Shown here: positions 24,582-32,256 of the stretch, piece after piece
Layout of the letters: each line of letters begins with the position of its first letter
Numbering within the stretch: position 1 is the first letter of the stretch
NCBI GenBank assembly: GCA_003990765.1
Contig: RBNJ01000360.1
Coordinates: 1 to 32,256 of the forward strand
Direction of reading: 5' to 3'
Length of the DNA stretch: 32,256 nt
From: Jimgerdemannia flammicorona
Taxonomy: Eukaryota
Made by a program: the position numbers and the translations under genes
The notes under the pieces: generated by a model
What the model saw: only the letters and a program-made list of their open reading frames with translations
What the model was told of the DNA's origin: nothing
Databases searched by the model: none

Positions 24582-24670
24582 TAGCTTATAGTTAACTTTG
24601 CTGACCTTTTCCACAATCTTGTATAGTCTAATTCTTCTAGTATAGAGTTTCTTAGATGTTTGCTATAGTA

Positions 24671-24837
24671 CTAATTACTGGAGATAAGCTGGATATTATT
24701 TATTCACATTATTTATATCATTTATTATATTTGTTATTTATATATAATATGTTGCCAATAGTGATATTATTGCCAGGTCATATGATCACTTGTTATATAT
24801 CATGTCTTGTCTGTTCATTTGTTCATTATATTACAAT
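24671..24837 (-). repeat. Element 2 LTR U3-end fragment
   Basis: Direct match to ~21003-21163. Ends in ATTACA (TGTAAT on the minus strand). Confidence 0.85.
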
Positions 24838-26340
24838 CTAACAGTTAGCTTATAAGAAATATAAAGAGAAGATAGAGACTAAGGATGATGAGACAATCCT
24901 TGAGATTTTGGCTGATCTGAAGGAGAGAGAGGCTGAGAAAGAGGAGGCTGTAGTTGAGTATGATCTAGACTTAGCTCAAGAGGAGATGAGTGTAGAACTG
25001 TAAGGAGTTAGAACTATTCTATAATATTATTTTCTTATAAACAATATAACTAATATTTTCTTACTAAATGTGAATAGCTTGAGAAGCTCTATGAGACATC
25101 AAACCATTTTTACTTAGTTGAGAGGATTGGGTACAGATCTTTTTCTATTATAGAATATATGCTATAAGAAGGACTTAGATAGATAGGAGTAGGCAAAGAA
25201 ATGAGATAGAGTAGTAGTTTAGTGAGATAAGGTGGAGTTTCTGATATGAAAGAGTAAAGGAGATCTTTGTGAGATTAGTGGTTGAGGAGAGTACTTAGTT
25301 TGGAAGAAGTGATAGAGACCGGAGTGGAAACCAGTAGTTATCAGCTCTTATTACTGCTCTATAGTTAGAGGAGATAGAGTAGAGTAGTTGAATAGACTTT
25401 ATAAGTGTAGTATACTTGCTGAGGTTGGTATGGATATATTTGGTGGAGATTTTAACATAGTGTAGAATGTACTATTATATAAGACTAATAGAGAGAAAAG
25501 TACTAGAGATCAGAGTAGTGGTCTGAATGTCTGAGAGAAGGTAGAGTATCTAAGTTCTTTAGTAAATACTGGCAGAATATTATGAGAGAACTAGAGGGTT
25601 TACACTCACTGAGTAAATGAACTTGAAATAAGAATTGACTGGATATTGACTACTAACTACTGGGGAATAGATGTCTGGATAGATCTTGAGATAGAGTGGT
25701 GCTCTTGATTGGATCATTAGGGGTTAAGAAAGCATGAGTAGTTTGGGGGGAGTAGAGATGAACCTGGACTTTGGTGTCTCAAAACCTCTTTATTGATAGA
25801 GAAGAGATTATGGGAGACTTGAGCAGTGGCCATTGAATCAAAGATTATCAGCTGGAATCATAAGGAGTCCCTTGTGGGGGTCTGCTGAATGATGTTGAAG
25901 GAGACTGCTAGAGTATATTAAAGTGAGGCTAAAAGTTTCTGAGAAGTATAATGATGATATAGAGTATAGTGGGCTTTTTATTAATTGGAGAGATTATAGC
26001 TAAAATGGGTCAGTTTATTGAGCTGAGAGACTGTAGAAGACTGAAAGCTAGAGTGAGCCCAGATGGAGGTAGGGAGTTGAAGTGATTATTGAGAGAGAAG
26101 GAGGAGACTTATGTGTAGAAAATGACTACTAGGTTGAGGTGGCAGAGGCTTGAGGAGGGTGAGAGGCCTTCTATGTATTTGTTGAGGCTTCTTCAGGTAT
26201 GAAGAGTACAGTAGAGGTGGGATGGAGTGCTTGATAAGAAGGGCACCCTGGTGCATAGAATGCAGCAGATCTTGGGCTCTCTGAAGAGAAGATGGAGAGG
26301 TCTGTGCCCTACAGAACTTAGGAAAGCTGGTGTGTTTTCC
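24838..26340 (+). mobile_element. L1-like LINE: acidic ORF1 tail and ORF2 AP-endonuclease domain, truncated before RT
   Basis: One frame contains LNVNSLR (25064), DLFLL*, GGDFN (25442-25456), RIDWI (25631) and LDH (SDH after CpG decay, 25709), followed by WPLNQRL. Confidence 0.85.
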
Positions 26341-29300
26341 AGTCACTGGTTCACCTAGTTTTATGCACAAAGTGGAGGCATCCTGTATGGCCAATCATGA
26401 GATAAAAGTTCTGAAGAACACACCTCCCTCAAAAAAATATTAGTGACCATAAACAAAAAATCCCAAAATCACTCATTTGTGGTACTCGTCTTGGCCTGAA
26501 CGACAACTCGGGCTTTTTCTGTTTGTTGCATAGGAAGCTTTGACGAATTCAAGAAAAACCACATATATAGCTACTGGCATGTATGCTCGGAAATAGCTTA
26601 TATGAATTGAATGGATATACCAGACTCCAATGCTCTTGGCTGTGAATGGTTCTGTGTTTTGGCACGAACACATGCTTTGAATATAGGCGGTATCATAATC
26701 AAAATTCAAGAGAGTGACGTCCAAATCCAGGTTCAGATCCTATCCAATACTATCCAACGCCATGCGGGAATTTCCAACGCCAATGGCTCACCAAAGTCCC
26801 ATAATTCGTCTGTGAGCACATTAGGACGCTCAATGTAATTCTGGCATTCACTTTCCGATCTTCAAGCGTTTGGAGTTGGAGCTTATGTTTTATTTTTTAT
26901 TTTTTCTGCAGTCTAATCTTAGTGTCCCTTCATGACTCGCCATAGAATACAAAGTATCTACCAAAATGCGCACTCGCGATGCTGAAAACGATGCAGCGCA
27001 TCCATGCCAGAACAAATAAGACGGATCTACTTACTAAAAATATGCTAATATTATGCGCTTTCATTCTACAAACAGCTTGAGCGATGAATGGTGACTTGTC
27101 AGCAGAATGGCGGTGATGACAGCAGTATAGCAATAACGAAAAACAACAGAACGATAACGACAACTACGAACTGTGAAATAATAATACCGAAAACAAGACT
27201 ACGGAATAGGCAGTTATTTACAGAATAATAATAATAATAGCGATGACAAACTACAATGACTTACCAGAAAACTGACGACAACAAACTGAAAAATAACAAT
27301 AATGCCGAACTACGATACGACGATGACGCCAAACCGCAAAATGACGCAAAGATGTTGATTGCATAACAATAATAAATGTTAATAATTAACTGCTGAACAA
27401 CGGATGTTCCAACAAAATTATGGGATGACAGGCAACCAGATAAAACTTTATTCAGCAAACAATCGCCATTGTCTAGTTTCCCACGATCGGAGCCACCACA
27501 TTTAGCAACATGAGGTGATTTGGTTTTTGTCTATGCACTTGCCTGTTCTTGACACCTTTATAGCTCCTCTCATAGAGATTTTATTCGGAAAACAAGCGCC
27601 ACGCCCACAGAGACGGAGAGAGAGAAAGGCGGGTGAGGACATTGTAACAAGCCTTGCTCGATTGTGATTCCAACATTCTCTGTCGGGTCTCTATTAATCG
27701 CCATGAACGTGGTTTGGCCGGGTGCCGAAGGGTCGTTCTATAATTAAATTCGGTATCTTCAATAATCATCTATGCTATCATTGTGCAATAATCTTCGTCG
27801 CCGTTCTGTAATTGTAACCACTGTCATTTATAGTCGTCTACGTTGTCTTTGTTCAGGTGGTATGCAGGTCCCATTAATAATATAACGTTAATACAGCAGG
27901 TGCTTGGCAGCAATGCTGACGCCTCGTGAATCGCGCTCCGACATGGGTACTTTTAATGACGATCTTGGATTTCTCGCGAGCGGATGTTTGGGATCCAGAA
28001 CAGAACCCCTTTTCAATTATCATTTCGTATATAAACCTGCGCCATTAGCTCTGCGTCTCCGTCTTTCCCAAAGAGGGTAATATTTGCTATATTGCATCTC
28101 GATCGTATTCTATAAATTCACACGACGCCATTGTTCCATGTCCCGCAAGATCCTGCTGTGACCGTAAGATGATTTAGGTGATAAAAGGCTCCGCCATTTT
28201 CTTGGGTATCGAGAACAAGAGTTTGATGTTGTGCATCTCATTGTGCTGCCAACTACTTATGACGAAAAAAAGTTGAACGTCGAAGGCAGATCAAGATCAT
28301 GGAGCAAGGAAGTCGGACATAGACCGAAGCTCATGACGCTCTCGGCGTTTATTGTATGTTTCACCCACATCTTCATTGAATTGTCCCTGTTGAGGGTAAC
28401 TCGCCCGCCTTGCCATATATACCGTGGTTCAAGCCTTTGTCACATTAAACAACACAAACGCTCGGCCTCGCCTACCTCATTTGCAATACATATTCTATCT
28501 GCCCTGACTATCAGCGACGCATCGCTGCAGTGTCAGCATTTCCTTTATATTCGGATGAGCGAGATGCACCGCGAAGATATGTTACCATTGTGATAAGCTC
28601 AATGACGCGGAATCAATTCCTATTAGGGAAGGGGCTTTAGGGACACATTTTTATATTTCGATGGTTCACCATGTTTTCCAGGAACACTAACCTTCCACCT
28701 TCCCCCACCCCACCCCCCCAAAAAGCAAACACGTGTAATTATTGGTTATTGGGAGTTGAATTTCGCAAAGGTAGACCAGTATCTTTCTTTTTTGAACCAA
28801 AGATGTGATAGGAAATTCCTCTTTCTCCTTATACGGCGGCACTCAAGAGGTGTCGCATGGGCCATAAAGGCACTAGCACAGGACACCCCACCACTAGCTA
28901 GCCTAGAAGCACGCGGATTATTAAACCAGGAAAACTCGGATAGATTTCGGGTTCAGAAAACAAAACGTGCTGGACTGGATAAGGTCGGCCTGATAAGGTC
29001 GGCCTGACAGCAACAGAAACCACATTAAGGCTTTGTGGGAAACAGCTCGACAGAGTTAAGATAATATTCACAAATAGCAAAAGTTGGGTCGCAAAAACTG
29101 AGAACATAATATGTCCCAATGGAAAAGAATAAGCCCCCGTGGGCCATTGCCCGGCACCCGGTCTAATTTATATGGCGCCCGCCTACCACAATGCCGTGGC
29201 CACCCTTTGGTCCTCAAAATGCAATTATATGGAAGACGCGTGTCTCCACACTTGGCTCGCGAAGACAGACCCCTCCCGCCTGTATCCTTTTAAAGTCCCG

Positions 29301-30289
29301 CCCCGGCGCCAAGGTCGACCAGCTCCTTGGCCATAAGCGCGACAGTCGATGCCACGAGTAACCAGAACGATACGTCTGGCGCCAGGGAGGATGGGTCTGT
29401 TCCTAGACGCAAGCCGAGCGCGGGAGCGTCCACGCACCCTGGTACAAGCAGGAGGGATATCGGCCTTTATACTTTGCGACTTCATGGCGAGCAGAATAAC
29501 GCGCCACATGGTTGGAGTCAGCATCTCGCCACGTGCCTAGGATATAATTAGTCAACAATATTTCGCAAATACTTTTTCAAAATAGAGAGACGGAATGTTT
29601 TGCTATAATACACAGCCGGAAGTAGTTACAATCGAGAGATCTACCGGAAAATCCAGTCCACGGCGACATTAAAGCAAACAACCGAGCGAGCTATCGTCCT
29701 ATCTGCAACACATATGTGCTCAGCATCATCCCGCCACACCTCATTGCGACAATGGATGCATCTTCATCGAAAATATATCTGGATGGGATTTGCCAACGTG
29801 ATCGCTACCAATAAATTTATATTTTTTCAAGAACAAATCCAATTACCCGCGATGCCCGAATAAATGACCTATCCGAATATACTATTCACATATACATGTG
29901 GACCCAAATAGGACGGGCGAGTATATCTAATTATCAAATACCACAGGGGGAAAGATGGAAAGAAATAATGATGGACGGGATGTCACACGTCAGTCCAACA
30001 TCGCCTTCCACACTCCTCCTCAATTTCCTCGTCATCGTCGCTATCATCCAGGCTCTGCTGAATCAGCAGTCGGCTGGATGTTGAACTAGGGGATATGATT
30101 GGACATTGTGAGTCAGTACAAATGCTTGGTCCTGCGGTGTATATGGGATGCACCGTGGATTCGAGGTTGTATATACGAAACACCCCCCCCCCCCCAAAAA
30201 AAAAAAAAAAAGAACGTACCGCTTCCATGTTTTCTACCTCTTCCTCACGTCCTCTTCCTCACCGGACTACCTACCCCAAGCCCAGCTCC

Positions 30290-30670
30290 AAAATTCTCTT
30301 CATATTCTTCCTCAGCATTCTCGGCATCGCAAATGGATTTGGCAACCCAACCTCCACCCCGTCCTCCCTCTCCACTTAGCCTATAACGTTCTTCCTAACT
30401 TTCCTCGGCGTGGCAAACGATCGACAATCCCACCTCCTCCACTCCGCCCCCCAAACAACACTCCTCCCAACTTTCGTCGGTGCCGTAAATTGGTTGGGCA
30501 ATCCCACCTACTCCACTCCGCCCTTCCCCTCACACTCCCTCACGACACTCCTCCCAACTTTTCCCCGCGTCGCAAAGGGATTCAGCAACTCCACCTCCCT
30601 CCCCAACTCCGCCATTCCCTGGTCCTCCTCGCCTTCCTCGGCGCCGTAAACGGGTTCGGCAGCTCCATCT
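30290..30670 (-). pseudogene. Degenerate coding repeat, 5 copies of (V/E)(G/E)LPNPF(A/T)(T/A)PRK(V/A)(G/R)R
   Basis: LPNPFTAPRKARR, LLNPFATRGKVGR, LPNQFTAPTKVGR, ..FATPRKVRK, LPNPFAMPRMLRK, across frameshifts and stops. Confidence 0.6.
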
Positions 30671-30774
30671 CCAGCACCTTGGCCAGTGGCAAGTGCTGCG
30701 CCGCCATCGCCGACGTCAGCGGGGGCGGCCAGAAGGCCTCGTCATCCTACTCCCCAGCCTCGTCCCGGGGGCCC

Positions 30775-31251
30775 CCAAAAAATGCACACCTCTGAAATAC
30801 GAAGTCGAAGCTCTCGTCCTCGAACAGCAGACCTTCGAGTGTGTTCGCGTGCATGAAGGAACAATTTTAAGGGATATCTTTCCTGGAAAAACGGTTGCGC
30901 AATCGATTCTGACGAAGGTGGAGTTGGTAATCCGAAGCCATTTCTATTATCCACCTTCCGGACCACGTGGATTCCCTCCTCCAGATTTTTGTCAAGGGGT
31001 GCGCTAAAATTGGCGTTAACGAGATGCCTGGTGAAAAGTTGAGTATTCGTTTGTGGAATGGAGGAAAGAGATGACGTGTGGAAACAGCAAAGACGATCAG
31101 GAACGTTCATTACCGGATCACGTAGTGCTGATAATCGAGCTGGTTGAGCTCGTTGTCACAGGGAAGCATGTAGTTTGTATTTCCCTCGGTCATGAATGCC
31201 CTCTTGTGGATGATGCGGAACCCTTCTGGGAAAGAGCTACCAGTGCTGTCG
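30775..31251 (-). pseudogene. Class I SAM-dependent methyltransferase pseudogene (LaeA-like fungal type); intron 31113-31028
   Basis: FRIIHKRAF..YMLPCDNELNQLDYQHYVIR|HLVNANFSAPL..EGIHV[motif I deleted]GRWIIEMASDY..STFV.ID..NCSFMHANTLEGLLFEDESFDFVFQR, with frameshifts. Confidence 0.88.
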
Positions 31252-32256
31252 CTGGTCGGATGCAAGGGGAGTAGAAAAAATAACGGAAAGGATATATATA
31301 CCATTGACACCACTAAATTTAATTTTACGCTATACAAAAGTTTATGACCTAGACATGACGAAATTTATCATGTGATGCTTGTTACGCGTCTTTTTTTTTT
31401 TTCTAAGTGAAGCACCGCCTCCTTCTCTCCTTTTTTCTACCACTCGTACTAGGTATACTTGTCTACTAACTCTGCTGTTGCTTACCTGCAGAAGATAATA
31501 GCATGATAAGTTATCATTGCGCGAGATTCACATTCCTTTTTTTATATTTCTTCCGAACTACTCAACCAATACTCACTAACTAATACGACAAATCCGTGCC
31601 GGTGGACCGACGGAACTGCTGGTAAAGCATAAACCCACAACCAAGTTTCGTGGCGGTGGCAATAATGAGCGTCTGTAGCCAGCAGCGCAGAATGTGAACA
31701 ACACCGTGACTCTGGTAAGTATTGAAATGGCTGACGAATAAAACTGCGAGCACGGAAACGGAAAACAGTCGTTGACTATATAATATTCAACTCTCATTGC
31801 ACTTGTCAACCAACAACACCAATCGGCCTTACCATTACCATTCATAACCGTCGAATTGAATAGCACTGCCCCCACCTACCTCTTCAATCCTTCTGGGCGC
31901 CTTCACCTGTCTTTTCAACCTGCTCAACCTTCTGATTTCGCGGTACATAGTTCCACTATTCTCTGTTTTCCCCACCGTCACATTATGTCTACTTCTAAGT
32001 GAACTGACATCCATTCACCGAATTACCTTTTGGCAGCATACGTCCCAAGAGCGTCGACGCACTCAGTGGACCCACCACCGCCAATTTAAGGTCAGTTTCA
32101 CTGTATTCTCCTGACTATAGAAAAATGGGATCCTGTGAACGTCCTTGCATATGTAAACCTATGCTGTAGGGAGTGCAATGTTTTGTACGCTCTTTGCGTC
32201 AGTATCGAGACCTGCTTGTATCGAGATCTGCTTTACCTTCATATGCTTGCACTGTC

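Larger units (their letters stand above)
22294..24670 (-). pseudogene. pol: Element 2 integrase C-terminus (GPY module, chromodomain, ~120-codon extension), split by Tc1
   Basis: KKL..RI..YKIVEKVSKVNYKL|QLP..VFHISQL; EEFEIKKVLDHK...FLIK*KGYSTYDATW. The frame ends at TGA TAA TGA. Confidence 0.85.
17088..24837. mobile_element. Element 2: rearranged chromodomain-bearing Ty3/Gypsy element (5' half on +, 3' half on -)
   Basis: Three LTR-derived pieces. RT-RH-IN core on +; GPY/chromodomain and downstream ORFs on -. Confidence 0.9.

Noticed and set aside
27120..27420. AAT/GAC/AAC-rich low-complexity stretch
   Set aside because: No sustained ORF or regular period.
28978..29007. 14-bp tandem duplication GATAAGGTCGGCCT
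   Set aside because: Only two copies; consistent with ordinary slippage.
29290..29340. Minus-frame KELVDLGAGAG resembling a SAM motif I
   Set aside because: A stop follows immediately and there are no other methyltransferase motifs.

Overview
Eukaryotic, fungal-type DNA with spliceosomal introns and CTAAC branch points. The secreted aspartic protease resembles rhizopuspepsin, which suggests Mucoromycota (inference). The CpG-rich flanks hold a frameshifted 42-aa TPR array (1.1-2.7 kb), one intact pepsin-family protease gene (4519-5787) and a SAM-methyltransferase pseudogene (30.8-31.3 kb). Between them is a ~19 kb nest of C>T/G>A-hypermutated transposons. (i) A complete Ty3/Gypsy element (7817-15751, minus strand) with 476-bp LTRs, an ATAG target-site duplication (TSD), a dUTPase between protease and RT, an extra ORF after integrase, and a 1.2-kb poly(A) retro-insertion. 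(ii) An L1-like LINE split by (iii) a rearranged chromodomain Ty3/Gypsy element (17088-24837), which itself carries (iv) a Tc1 transposon. Three signals stand out. Both Gypsy elements carry apparently homologous, unrecognised accessory ORFs between integrase and the 3' LTR, joined by stop/start overlaps (ATGA, TAATG). An 18-nt tRNA-iMet copy sits at an inversion junction and looks like fossil (+) strong-stop DNA. The repeats show a RIP-like CpA plus CpG mutation spectrum. All translations and alignments were done by eye.
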